A stretch of DNA of 64,000 nucleotides from an uncultured archaeon (GCA_902384455.1 CABMCB010000059.1:35938-99937); one strand, 5' to 3'; counted from the stretch's first letter, positions 10,074 through 18,442 are shown. Made by a program: numbers and translations. Notes: generated from the letters alone by a model not told the origin.

Positions 10074-11675
10074 TTATCCCAGACAAATCCAAGTGATAAT
10101 TACGGTGTCCGCCACAATGGGCGTTCCTACAAATGTGATAACTAAAGTAGTGGTAGTCGTTGATTCTTCGATTGTTGTCAGGGGTTGTGTTCCACCCTGC
10201 TGTTTAGCAATAGCAAATGGGGCGACAGCGAATGCGCCATTTTTGAAAGTCAACGTAGTCGTTGGATTGGGCGCTGGTGCAGTACCTACGGTAACAGTAA
10301 TCTGCCCACGAGTATCTGTGCTCCCCGAAGTAACTGCAACAGACGCCCCGGTACCCCATCCAGAAAGAACAAAATCACCAGCAACAAGAGACGTACCCTT
10401 TGTCGCCAATATCCGACGAAGCGTACCGTCGTTCAAACTTACATTGAAATTATAAGAAGTCGCATTATTGACATAACGAGCAAAAGAAGCATCGGTGACA
10501 ATTTGTCCTGTACTTGTCGTATCGTTAACAGAATTTACAAAGGTGCCGTTACGGACAGACTCAAGAACAATATTTTTTGAAATACCTGACGCAGTTTCAG
10601 AAATTTTAATAGCGTCCCCGCCGCTTATATTACCACCAAAAGTGACACCTACAATATAAGCACTATTAACATTTATGATATCAATTCCGTCTGTTGTCCC
10701 TGTTTCTGTCCCTACCTTCTGGCCTTCAAAATAAGTATTCAAAATACTGATATTATTCACAGAACCGGGGCCAGACCCGAATCCGGTAGTAGAATCTATG
10801 GAAAGTAATGGTTTTCCACCAGCGGAGTGTTCAATAGCTCCACCAAGAAGAGTTATCTGGCCGCTCGTGCCGTTAATAAGCATTCCGATTGTAGTAAATC
10901 CAGAAACACCTTGTGAGCCAATAATCCAATTATTATCCCACATAAACACACTGCAACCTTCAATATGAACATTAGAAGGCGTGGTCATCGCCGATGAAAA
11001 AACACAATTCCTCACACCACTATTAACAAATACGCGCTTAAAGTGCCCGATAGAATCGGAGCAAACGGCTGTTTGGTTTCCTTGAAAATAACAGTTTTCA
11101 AGAAACATAAATTCTTGTGTACCGTCTTGAGTACCGTTTGCTACAAGGGAACTAACGTTAGCGGAAGGACCAAGATAAAAACCACCAGAAGAAGGTAGTC
11201 CTCCCAAAGACCCGCCCACGCCGCCAACTCCTATAATTGAGCAGGCGTTGAAAACTTGAATAGCATCAACTCCACCAACTACATTCACATTAAAGCGCGT
11301 TCCTCTATCTATTAACAAAGAAACTGCTTTTGTGTTTGTAGTATCTCCGACCCTCAACTGAGATGAGATTGTATGAACATTTGCTCCCAAGCCGCGAGCG
11401 TCAACTATTCCGCCCCCAGATGGTAAGTCAGCTATAGCGGAAGCAATCCACGCACCAGCATCCGCTCCCGACCAGCCAGCGGAATTAAGATTATCTACAA
11501 ATCGAATATTAGAAATGTTTTTTGGAGCAAGCGACGTCCCAAAAGCTAAATTCCCTTGTGGATTTCCGACTGAGTCAATCCACGCAATAGGACCGCCACC
11601 GCGAACCCGGAGTTGAAGAAAATCTTCTCCCGACGATGTTTCCCAATTATTTTGTGTGGTAGCCGCCGAATTCAC
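10074..11675 (-). CDS. Tailspike/tail fibre-like protein, probable beta-helix
   Basis: 533 aa, GADAGAWIASAIADLPSGGGIVDARG pectate-lyase-like start, Asn/Gly/Ile-rich repeats; AT-rich DNA. Confidence 0.65.
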   Translation of the reverse strand: MNSAATTQNNWETSSGEDFLQLRVRGGGPIAWIDSVGNPQGNLAFGTSLAPKNISNIRFVDNLNSAGWSGADAGAWIASAIADLPSGGGIVDARGLGANVHTISSQLRVGDTTNTKAVSLLIDRGTRFNVNVVGGVDAIQVFNACSIIGVGGVGGSLGGLPSSGGFYLGPSANVSSLVANGTQDGTQEFMFLENCYFQGNQTAVCSDSIGHFKRVFVNSGVRNCVFSSAMTTPSNVHIEGCSVFMWDNNWIIGSQGVSGFTTIGMLINGTSGQITLLGGAIEHSAGGKPLLSIDSTTGFGSGPGSVNNISILNTYFEGQKVGTETGTTDGIDIINVNSAYIVGVTFGGNISGGDAIKISETASGISKNIVLESVRNGTFVNSVNDTTSTGQIVTDASFARYVNNATSYNFNVSLNDGTLRRILATKGTSLVAGDFVLSGWGTGASVAVTSGSTDTRGQITVTVGTAPAPNPTTTLTFKNGAFAVAPFAIAKQQGGTQPLTTIEESTTTTTLVITFVGTPIVADTVIITWICLG

Positions 11676-11755
11676 CGCAATCTCCCTTTATAAAGACAAC
11701 CACAGTCACAATGTCGTTTTTAATAGCATCACATATTATTAGCTTATGCAAACTC

Positions 11756-12469
11756 TTAATACTTTACAAATAATCGCGCCACGACAGTTCCAACAGTAGG
11801 TGTTGTGTTTGTCCAACCAAATGCTAGTGCTCTGAGAGGGAAGAAAAGATTATTTATAAGTGTCCCTGATCCTTGTCCACTCAAAGGGCTAGACTCTGAA
11901 CCGAAACGCCAAGACCCCCAAACATTAGCAGGCATACCAGTAGCAAAATTCAACCCGTTTAATAGAGGCGTCGTTCCGTCCTCCGCATATACATATTGAA
12001 GGATATTTGCAGCTTGAGTAGGGTTAGCATAAATTACTGCTTCTTTTGCCCCGCGCATATCTATCGTGTTTGTATTTACAGTGGTACCACTTGCTGGCAG
12101 CGTGATGGCGTTCGCTCCTAATTCAACAGGAGAGTATATTGCCGCAGCGCCAAAAACAGGGGCGTCATAACCAATGACATTAACAGACACAATGCCCGTG
12201 CCGACAAAATTAGTTATATTTACTCTTACCGCAGTTATTGATGAAGATGGGCGAAATACGTAATCAGAAAGCTGAGTGCGTGGCCCAAAAAGACCAGCGG
12301 AAGTCCACGTAGTGCCATCGGTAGAGGTATCCGCTTGAATAGACAATCCTGTCACAGTGGCGGGAGAAATCCATTGAATCTTATAAAACGATACCGCAGC
12401 GGGAACCGGAATTGAGGGATTCGCGCCAACACCAGAAAGACTAACCTGTGAACTAAAAATTTGAGCCAT
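11756..12469 (-). CDS. Putative virion/tail protein
   Basis: 237 aa beta-rich; in AT-rich cassette. Confidence 0.5.
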   Translation of the reverse strand: MAQIFSSQVSLSGVGANPSIPVPAAVSFYKIQWISPATVTGLSIQADTSTDGTTWTSAGLFGPRTQLSDYVFRPSSSITAVRVNITNFVGTGIVSVNVIGYDAPVFGAAAIYSPVELGANAITLPASGTTVNTNTIDMRGAKEAVIYANPTQAANILQYVYAEDGTTPLLNGLNFATGMPANVWGSWRFGSESSPLSGQGSGTLINNLFFPLRALAFGWTNTTPTVGTVVARLFVKY

Positions 12470-12470
12470 C

Positions 12471-12686
12471 TTATCTCCAAACCCATCCGCATCGCGGGCA
12501 CACTACTTCTGTTCCTGTTTTCTTTCTTAAACCAAAACTGTTCTGATTCTTCACGAAGCTGCTGTTGAAATACAGGTTCGCGTCTTTCACTTTCGGCACG
12601 TCATAGATGTTCGTGCCCTGCACCGCTCTCGACGTGTTCGGAGTCGTAGCGGTTATCGTTCTGCTATCAATTACTGACGATGCCAT
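12471..12686 (-). CDS. Small protein with C-terminal CPxCGW motif
   Basis: 71 aa, GGAGG RBS, ends EVVCPRCGWVWR. Confidence 0.5.
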   Translation of the reverse strand: MASSVIDSRTITATTPNTSRAVQGTNIYDVPKVKDANLYFNSSFVKNQNSFGLRKKTGTEVVCPRCGWVWR

Positions 12687-12687
12687 G

Positions 12688-12804
12688 CTACCTCCAAATC
12701 CAGCCGCAGGCCGGACACTTTACTTCGGCCATCGGGTCGCGCTTTTCGAGCGGACGACGACAGCGACCACACAAACGTGTTGCCACAAAACGAAAAAGGC
12801 TCAT
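12688..12804 (-). CDS. 38-aa zinc-ribbon protein (not in ORF track)
   Basis: MSLFRFVATRLCGRCRRPLEKRDPMAEVKCPACGWIWR; GGAGG RBS. Confidence 0.55.
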   Translation of the reverse strand: MSLFRFVATRLCGRCRRPLEKRDPMAEVKCPACGWIWR

Positions 12805-12824
12805 AGAGCCTCCGCAGTTTCGGT

Positions 12825-13196
12825 TTAGCTACCTACTGCGACACCTTGGTAGGTCAAGTTGTAGTGGATGTTTCCGCCAGCGTTGCGCACTTGAAGAATG
12901 TCAAACTGTGACGGATTTGAGAACGCGTCTGCGAAGATTGCAGCGGTCGATGAGGCAGAGGTAAGGCGAGATAGAAATACACCAACGCGGGTTCCGTTTG
13001 TTGCGGACACGGCTGGCTTGTGCACAGCACCGGCGGAGTCAACGTTCACGAGAACGGAACCGCTCTGGCTGATGATTTGTAGAAGGTCGAGGTTCTGAGC
13101 ACCGACTCCCTGCGTAGGAAGCTGCGGCCATGCGGTCGCGACGGTCGAACCGCCCTGTGAACTATTCTGTTCATACAACGCTTGTGATGTAGCCAT
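12825..13196 (-). CDS. Putative virion structural protein
   Basis: Start MATSQALY with AGGAG RBS; internal repeat LDLLQI...VDSAG / FDILQV...LTYQG. Confidence 0.55.
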   Translation of the reverse strand: MATSQALYEQNSSQGGSTVATAWPQLPTQGVGAQNLDLLQIISQSGSVLVNVDSAGAVHKPAVSATNGTRVGVFLSRLTSASSTAAIFADAFSNPSQFDILQVRNAGGNIHYNLTYQGVAVGS

Positions 13197-13210
13197 GTTG
13201 CTCCTGAAAT

Positions 13211-13240
13211 GAAAAAGCCCCACTCGTCTGAGTGAGGCTG
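13211..13240 (-). terminator. Intrinsic terminator at end of RNA island
   Basis: AGCCTCACTC-AGAC-GAGTGGGGCT followed by TTTT on minus strand. Confidence 0.7.
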
Positions 13241-13244
13241 AAAT

Positions 13245-13365
13245 TGGTACGAACTAGTTGCGATGAGAACGCCGTGTATGCTCGGTAGCTCAACGTACGT
13301 GGGCCGCTCCTAGGGTTCGCTCCCGGGTCTCTCCGCGAGACGTGGCGGCACAACTATTCCTTCAT
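13245..13365 (-). ncRNA. Unknown CCA-ended structured RNA
   Basis: Terminal helix ATGAA..TAGTTGTG / CGCAACTA.TTCGT then ACCA; internal hairpins GTCTC/GAGAC and GCCGC/GCGGC; no T or anticodon arm. Confidence 0.45.
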
Positions 13366-13372
13366 GAAATTT

Positions 13373-13450
13373 TGGTCGGAGAAGAAAGATTTGAACTTTC
13401 GTTCTCTGCTTTCCGAAAGCAGCGGGAACTCCAGGCTTCCCCATTCCCCG
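13373..13450 (-). tRNA. tRNA-Pro(CGG)
   Basis: Cloverleaf, CTGCT-TTCGGAA-AGCAG, encoded CCA. Confidence 0.88.
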
Positions 13451-13457
13451 ACTGGTG

Positions 13458-13757
13458 TTACGACAAATTTTTTGTAATCTTCGGCATCAGCGCGGACTGC
13501 TTGAATCTCTGTCCGCCAAAAGAAACGATGTTCATGTCCGGGGTCGGGTCGCTTGCGCCCCAGTTGAAGATGACCACTTCGTGCTGCTTGGCCTTGTCCA
13601 AGAGTTCCGCGAAATCCGCCGGATGAATGTATGTCACTTCACCAGGTAGACCATAGCCTCGGTGAAGCTGAGCAATCACTGCTCTTGCTTCATCGAGTTC
13701 TTTTTTGTACCAGGTCAGTTCTGCTTCTGCTGCCTGGGCCATGCGGACAAGACTCAT
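13458..13757 (-). CDS. Hypothetical protein in tRNA island
   Basis: Start MSLVRMAQ with AAGGA RBS. Confidence 0.55.
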   Translation of the reverse strand: MSLVRMAQAAEAELTWYKKELDEARAVIAQLHRGYGLPGEVTYIHPADFAELLDKAKQHEVVIFNWGASDPTPDMNIVSFGGQRFKQSALMPKITKNLS

Positions 13758-13774
13758 ATTGGTCCTTTTGAAAA

Positions 13775-13848
13775 TGGTCGAGAATGCTGGAATCGAACCA
13801 ACCCCACATGCTCCCAAAGCACGCGTGCGGCCACAACACTTATTCTCG
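13775..13848 (-). tRNA. tRNA-Pro(TGG)
   Basis: CGTGC-TTTGGGA-GCATG, GTTCGATTC, CCA. Confidence 0.88.
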
Positions 13849-13855
13849 ACTAAAC

Positions 13856-14272
13856 TTACGGCAAAATCTTTTTCTCAATCGCTGCAACCGTGATTGCGCG
13901 ATAGTGGTCACCGGATGCGGCCTTCGCACCGTGGTCCGGCTGAATCCATTCCAACCAGCGGTTCATCGCTCTGCCCCACAGATGACCCTTCAGCTTTGCG
14001 CGATACGCGTGTGCTGAAATTGTTTCACCGGGCATGCCGTTGAACGCGAGCACGTTGATGAACTGGTCAAACGCCACTAGCACTCTGTGCAAGTATGACT
14101 CACGCGATGCACGCTGCTCGGCGTGTGCTTCGTCTTCTGCTGTGAATGGCTTCTCAATGTCGAAGTGTCCTTCGACGGCGGCGCGGATAGATGTCATCAC
14201 CAAACCCATTGCAACTAAACCAGCAATAGAACCTGCGATTATCTTTCCTGCTAGAAGCAATCCGTGTAGCAT
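13856..14272 (-). CDS. Membrane-anchored hypothetical protein
   Basis: 138 aa; N-terminal TM, DQFINV..NGMPGETIS motif. Confidence 0.6.
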   Translation of the reverse strand: MLHGLLLAGKIIAGSIAGLVAMGLVMTSIRAAVEGHFDIEKPFTAEDEAHAEQRASRESYLHRVLVAFDQFINVLAFNGMPGETISAHAYRAKLKGHLWGRAMNRWLEWIQPDHGAKAASGDHYRAITVAAIEKKILP

Positions 14273-14286
14273 TGTTCTCCAAAATT

Positions 14287-14361
14287 TGGTTCGGGCGGCA
14301 CGACTCGAACGTGCATTAACTGGGTCAGAGCCAGTGTTCCTGCCAATTGAAAGACATCCGA
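14287..14361 (-). tRNA. tRNA-Gln(CTG)
   Basis: ACTGG-CTCTGAC-CCAGT, CCA. Confidence 0.88.
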
Positions 14362-14431
14362 ACAGGGCCTACAATTCCGGGCCTTACATCAGGTTCTGAG
14401 GCCTAATGCCTGGAAATCTAGGCTTAAAGCT

Positions 14432-14506
14432 TGGTTGGGGCGAGTGGACTCGAACCACTATTAGAAGTTTCAAAGACTTCCTTCCTGCCAATTGAAAGAC
14501 ATCCCA
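14432..14506 (-). tRNA. tRNA-Gln(TTG)
   Basis: GAAGT-CTTTGAA-ACTTC, CCA. Confidence 0.88.
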
Positions 14507-14514
14507 ACGGAAAT

Positions 14515-14730
14515 TTACGGGAGCGGCGACTTCTGTAGATACATCGCCAAACCCAGTATAGCCGACGCGGCGGAGCCGATTGCGGCCATGATGAGAACAT
14601 TATGAATGCCAACACCGGGTCGTAGGTTAAAACTCTGTGGCGCGATTCCTATCGCGGAGAAAGCGTTAATGACACCGCCTGCTGCTCCGCTAATCATCGC
14701 TGCCAACAGTCCCTTGGACCAGGGCTTCAT
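14515..14730 (-). CDS. Small two-TM membrane protein
   Basis: 71 aa hydrophobic, AGGAG RBS. Confidence 0.6.
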   Translation of the reverse strand: MKPWSKGLLAAMISGAAGGVINAFSAIGIAPQSFNLRPGVGIHNVLIMAAIGSAASAILGLAMYLQKSPLP

Positions 14731-14744
14731 AGTGCTCCTAAAAT

Positions 14745-14818
14745 TGGACCGCCCGAGTGGAGTCGAACCACTGGTGCCTCTTTTGCAGAGAGGTAGCTTG
14801 CCGTTTGCCGACGAGCGG
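14745..14818 (-). tRNA. tRNA-Cys(GCA)
   Basis: CCTCT-CTGCAAA-AGAGG, U73, CCA. Confidence 0.88.
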
Positions 14819-14819
14819 T

Positions 14820-14906
14820 TGGCGGATGATGAAGGAATCGAACCCTCTCTACCTTTCAGTAGGCACAGTTTTCAAGACTGCTAGCCCCCATGGACTGCAA
14901 TCATCC
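14820..14906 (-). tRNA. tRNA-Ser(TGA)
   Basis: GCAGT-CTTGAAA-ACTGT, long variable arm, G73, CCA. Confidence 0.85.
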
Positions 14907-14915
14907 GTAAAATTT

Positions 14916-15003
14916 TGGCGGAAGGTAAGTGAATCGAACACTTACAACCTTTCGGTTGACTTAGGTTTAGCAAACCTATACGTTGCCTTTCCGTCAACCT
15001 TCC
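14916..15003 (-). tRNA. tRNA-Ser(GCT)
   Basis: TAGGT-TTGCTAA-ACCTA, long variable arm, CCA. Confidence 0.88.
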
Positions 15004-15006
15004 GCG

Positions 15007-15324
15007 TTACTTCTTGTCTGCGCCGCACTCACCCATCATCACCGTCTTGATTACGTGGTGATTGGCGCAACGAACTACACATTTAGCAATTTCAGCAAGA
15101 ACCGTTTCCCACTTCCGACTTGAACCTGCCGCAATCTTGAACGACTTCGTGCTCGGGTCTACGTGGTCAAACTCCAAGGCAGCTGGATGCCAAACTGTTC
15201 CGGGTGCGCAATCCACGCAACCGCTGGATAGTTTGATGGCATCGACCTTGGCGCGAAACTCAACATACTTCCTGGCCTGATATGACCGTTGTTGTTTCCG
15301 CGATTCTTCTGTTCTGATTCTCAT
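15007..15324 (-). CDS. HNH endonuclease
   Basis: CVDC...ALEFDHVD...EIAKCVVRCANHH. Confidence 0.8.
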   Translation of the reverse strand: MRIRTEESRKQQRSYQARKYVEFRAKVDAIKLSSGCVDCAPGTVWHPAALEFDHVDPSTKSFKIAAGSSRKWETVLAEIAKCVVRCANHHVIKTVMMGECGADKK

Positions 15325-15330
15325 AAATAT

Positions 15331-15616
15331 ATTAGTGAGCGTTAGCCTGGATTCTGTATTCCGGAATACGGAATGACTATCATCCATCTTCGCCTGCTAC
15401 CCGACCTTCATCACGCTCAACCAGCGCTCCGGTCCTATTTGCAGTTGCACCGATGTGGAGTGCCCAGTCTTGAATTAACTACGCTGGCCTTACCCGTACT
15501 CTCGCGAGTCCCGCAACTTCCACGGCATCGAGTTGAGATGTGTCCAGAACTTCCTCGGTCGCGTCGGCAAAGGCCGAAACTTTATAGCGCGGACCGCGAT
15601 AGTCTAGCTCACTAAT
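15331..15616 (-). ncRNA. rnpB: RNase P RNA, reduced form
   Basis: P1 ATTAGTGAGC/GCTCACTAAT; P2 GACTATC/GATAGTC; GAGGAAGTTCTGGA pairs with ACAGAATCCAGGCT forming P4 with bulged U; P6-like CTCAAC/GTTGAG; GCAA..CAAATAG and AGATGGATGA conserved segments. Confidence 0.88.
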
Positions 15617-15935
15617 CTAGTTTAACGTAACCGATGATACACAAAACCGCGACGAATGTCAACATAGAAATTGCGCCTGCGACAATCATCACATCGCCCG
15701 GGCTGTAAAGCCATCCCCGGAAACTGATGTAGTCCGCCAGGTATTTCAGGCTGGCGTCTGATGACATCGTGCAATGGGTCATGTTCGTGACCTGAAACGG
15801 CCAGTCCCATCTGCCGTGATATGCGACCGGCATGAACCCGCCGTTGGCCCACATCACTAGTTTGTTCATCAAGCCGCCGCCGATATAAGAGCCGAGGCCT
15901 GCGAGCGCCCACTTCAAAAAACTTTTGCGCTTCAT
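15612..15935 (-). CDS. DUF5317-like membrane protein
   Basis: ANGGFMPV...LKYLADYI...YSPGDVMI. Confidence 0.65.
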   Translation of the reverse strand: MKRKSFLKWALAGLGSYIGGGLMNKLVMWANGGFMPVAYHGRWDWPFQVTNMTHCTMSSDASLKYLADYISFRGWLYSPGDVMIVAGAISMLTFVAVLCIIGYVKLD

Positions 15936-16699
15936 GACGCCGCTTCGGCCTTCGACACATCCGCTCGGATGTGACTGATAGGCACCGCGATTGTCGGTGT
16001 GGTCGTTCCATCGTAACCGCCGATGACCAACCCGATAATTCTGTGCGTCTTTTCGCTTACGATTGCGCTGCCGGATGCGCCGTGCGAATCAAACTGCTGC
16101 ACGAGCATCATGCCGTGAACCGCTGAGCCAGCCGGAGCGATAACGCTCGCGACACTGCCTCTCGTCATCTGCTTCGTCATCTTCTCACCGAGTGAGAAAT
16201 TGACATCCACAGTTGCGTCACCAACGGCGACATCTGATTCGTCGCCCAGTTCGATGACTGGAATCTTCGCGTCGGTCTTCATGTAGTAGACCGCGTAGTC
16301 TTGGTACTCGACGCCGTCTTCATTCGGCTCAATCACTTCGGCCTTCAGAAGCTTCACGGGCGTCTTCTCCGTGCCGACGTTGTCGGACACCGAGTAAACC
16401 AAACCCTTCGGCAAATCTTCCGGATTGCCCTCGGCGGTGCAGTGCCCTGCACCAATCAATTCGTAACCGCCAGCGACCTTCTTGAACGCGGTGACCGTGC
16501 ACAAGAAGTGCGTCACGTCGTGGTCGTTCTTGATTACGCCGTCGTCCGTCTCTATTTCCGCGCCAGCAGGCAGCGTACCATAGAGCGCCATGCTCGCTTG
16601 GTAAACTTTACCGTCGAAGCCGCGAGGTGTCTTCACATCCGCGAACGCCGACGAACAAACCAAAATCAAAGCCGCTACGAGAGAGAAAATCTTTCTCAT
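15932..16699 (-). CDS. Secreted trypsin-like serine protease
   Basis: Signal peptide; GAGHC (His), QDYA (Asp), HGASGS (Ser). Confidence 0.8.
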   Translation of the reverse strand: MRKIFSLVAALILVCSSAFADVKTPRGFDGKVYQASMALYGTLPAGAEIETDDGVIKNDHDVTHFLCTVTAFKKVAGGYELIGAGHCTAEGNPEDLPKGLVYSVSDNVGTEKTPVKLLKAEVIEPNEDGVEYQDYAVYYMKTDAKIPVIELGDESDVAVGDATVDVNFSLGEKMTKQMTRGSVASVIAPAGSAVHGMMLVQQFDSHGASGSAIVSEKTHRIIGLVIGGYDGTTTPTIAVPISHIRADVSKAEAAS

Positions 16700-16704
16700 C
16701 TACA

Positions 16705-16791
16705 TTTGCCCGTCAGACACGCCTTGGCAGAGCACCGGTGTCAGACATGCGCCGTTCCAATTGGACCCTCTGCTCGGCGAACATCAGCAAA
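16705..16791 (-). ncRNA. Unknown structured RNA
   Basis: Nested pairings TTTGCT/GGCAAA, CGCC/GGCG, GCAGAG/CTCTGC. Confidence 0.3.
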
Positions 16792-16806
16792 TCAGCTATT
16801 AAGTTT

Positions 16807-16881
16807 TGGACGACCCGTCGGGACTTGAACCCGAATCCTCGGTTTAGGAAACCGTAACTCTTTCCATTGAGCTACAGGTCG
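16807..16881 (-). tRNA. tRNA-Arg(CCT)
   Basis: CGGT-TTCCTAA-ACCG, CCA. Confidence 0.88.
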
Positions 16882-16882
16882 T

Positions 16883-16957
16883 TGGTAGGCCGTGGAGGAA
16901 TCGAACCTCCATTCAGCGCTTAGAAGGCGCTAGTCCTGTCCGTTGAACGAACAGCCC
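16883..16957 (-). tRNA. tRNA-Arg(TCT)
   Basis: AGCGC-CTTCTAA-GCGCT, CCA. Confidence 0.9.
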
Positions 16958-16964
16958 ACAGAAA

Positions 16965-17044
16965 AGTTGCCGACCGCCTTGTCCGTCTGGCTCCACAGGT
17001 TTTCAAGACCCGTGCCGGGAGTCGAACCCGGTTTTGTCGGACTT
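16965..17044 (-). ncRNA. Circularly permuted tRNA mimic A (YrlA-like architecture)
   Basis: CCGAC - T arm CCGGG-TTCGACT-CCCGG - closed 7-bp acceptor CACGGGT-CTTGAAA-ACCTGTG - GA - D arm GCC-AGACGGACAA-GGC - G - GTCGG. Confidence 0.75.
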
Positions 17045-17102
17045 GTCGGGCGCGTGGCTGGCCGTGTCACAGCCCTTTGGACTCGCGTTATCCGACTGAA
17101 AT

Positions 17103-17176
17103 TGGCAGGACGCGTAGGAATTGAACCCACTCCGTTCGGGTTGGAGCCGAACATGCTACCGTAACACTTGCGACCT
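17103..17176 (-). tRNA. tRNA-Trp(CCA)
   Basis: TTCGG-CTCCAAC-CCGAA, CCA. Confidence 0.88.
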
Positions 17177-17226
17177 GTAGTGCTCAAGAGCACACTGGGT
17201 GAGTTAGTGTGCCCTTGAGGTAAGAC

Positions 17227-17302
17227 TGGAGCGTGATACCAGATTCGAACTGGTGCGTACTGGGTGGAAGCCAGTCATGCTAGCCGCTAACATCAATCGC
17301 GC
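17227..17302 (-). tRNA. tRNA-Gly(TCC)
   Basis: ACTGG-CTTCCAC-CCAGT, U73, CCA. Confidence 0.88.
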
Positions 17303-17311
17303 TCGAAACTA

Positions 17312-17581
17312 TTAAACTGTTGGTGCCGGAGCAAGTGCTGCTACGACGGTTGCATCTACCGCGTCAACTGCTGCTGCGTCTGCCGCGTCCTTCGCTGCTA
17401 CTGCTGCTGCTACAGCGGTCGGGCCATTTTCAGCAATCAACTTAGCGATGTCTGCTTGCAACTTTGCCATGCTGTCTGCGAATGCCATCATTTCTCTCCG
17501 TAGTGCGTGAAGTAACAACCTGTCTTGATGCGATAGTTCGACTACTAACTTCGGGTTAGGTGATTGGGCTTTTCCAAACAT
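17312..17581 (-). CDS. Ala-rich hypothetical protein
   Basis: ORF between Gly tRNAs; alternative internal start MMAFADS with GGAG RBS. Confidence 0.5.
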   Translation of the reverse strand: MFGKAQSPNPKLVVELSHQDRLLLHALRREMMAFADSMAKLQADIAKLIAENGPTAVAAAVAAKDAADAAAVDAVDATVVAALAPAPTV

Positions 17582-17603
17582 TCGAACCTCGCTTTCAATT
17601 TTT

Positions 17604-17677
17604 TGGAGCGACGTACCAGAATCGAACTGGTGCCCGAACCTTGGCAAGGTTCTGTTCTACCACTATACCAACATCGC
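17604..17677 (-). tRNA. tRNA-Gly(GCC)
   Basis: GAACC-TTGCCAA-GGTTC, CCA. Confidence 0.9.
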
Positions 17678-17680
17678 TCG

Positions 17681-18022
17681 TTACAAACCTCTGAACATCA
17701 CCATGGCCTTTTCGTGGAGCACCAACTGCTCTGGTGTCATCTGGCCCACAACCTTGCGGAAGCGGCCCATCTTTCTGTTCACGTTCGGCCTGGTCGGGAT
17801 GGTCGTCCTTACTGCTAGAGGACCGTCACCGTTCTGTTGCTCAACGAACTGTCTCGCCTGTGCTTCAGAACTAAATCTCTTCTCAACAATTTCTCCGGTG
17901 TTGTTGTCCAACTTCGTCGCGGAGTGTCCGAGCCAGTTCCACTTGTCTCCGTGGTTGCGCTCGTGCGGCAATCTTTTGCGGTCTTCATTTTCATGCTTCG
18001 GACGTTCGATTCGCATAGTCAC
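17681..18022 (-). CDS. Hypothetical protein
   Basis: 113 aa ORF filling gap between tRNAs. Confidence 0.55.
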   Translation of the reverse strand: MTMRIERPKHENEDRKRLPHERNHGDKWNWLGHSATKLDNNTGEIVEKRFSSEAQARQFVEQQNGDGPLAVRTTIPTRPNVNRKMGRFRKVVGQMTPEQLVLHEKAMVMFRGL

Positions 18023-18029
18023 CTTAAAA

Positions 18030-18103
18030 TGGTACCCGTGGTCGGAATCGAACCGACGCTACGTCCGTGAGAGGGACGCGTTCTACCACTAGACTACATG
18101 GGC
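18030..18103 (-). tRNA. tRNA-Glu(CTC)
   Basis: CGTCC-CTCTCAC-GGACG, CCA. Confidence 0.88.
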
Positions 18104-18111
18104 ACAGAAAA

Positions 18112-18186
18112 TGGCGGAGATAGCGGGAATCGAACCCGCACTTTGCCCGTGACAGGGGCATGTCGTTACCAACTGACCCTATCTCC
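18112..18186 (-). tRNA. tRNA-Asp(GTC)
   Basis: TGCCC-CTGTCAC-GGGCA, G73, CCA. Confidence 0.88.
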
Positions 18187-18193
18187 GCGAAAC

Positions 18194-18267
18194 TGGAGCT
18201 TCGTAAAGGAATTGAACCTTTACCTCATCCTTACCAAGGATGCGTTCTGCCGTTGAACTAACAAAGC
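18194..18267 (-). tRNA. tRNA-Thr(GGT)
   Basis: CATCC-TTGGTAA-GGATG, CCA. Confidence 0.9.
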
Positions 18268-18277
18268 GTAAAACTTA

Positions 18278-18356
18278 TCCGGTGTGCTACCGTTACACTA
18301 TAGCAACGAGCGGCTTTACCCGTTCCCGCCTGTGGGATTCGAACCCCTCTACCGGA
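18278..18356 (-). ncRNA. Circularly permuted tRNA mimic B
   Basis: TCCGGT - T arm GGG-TTCGAAT-CCC - imperfect closed stem - TA-GTGT-AACGGTA-GCAC D arm - ACCGGA. Confidence 0.65.
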
Positions 18357-18360
18357 AGAT

Positions 18361-18434
18361 TGGAGCACCGTCGTGGAATCGAACCACGGCTTCTGCGCTA
18401 CGAGGGCAGCTTCATGCCACTAGAACAACAGTGC
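18361..18434 (-). tRNA. tRNA-Thr(CGT)
   Basis: CTGC(C)-CTCGTAG-(C)GCAG with C31:C39 mismatch, CCA. Confidence 0.8.
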
Positions 18435-18442
18435 AAAACTTT

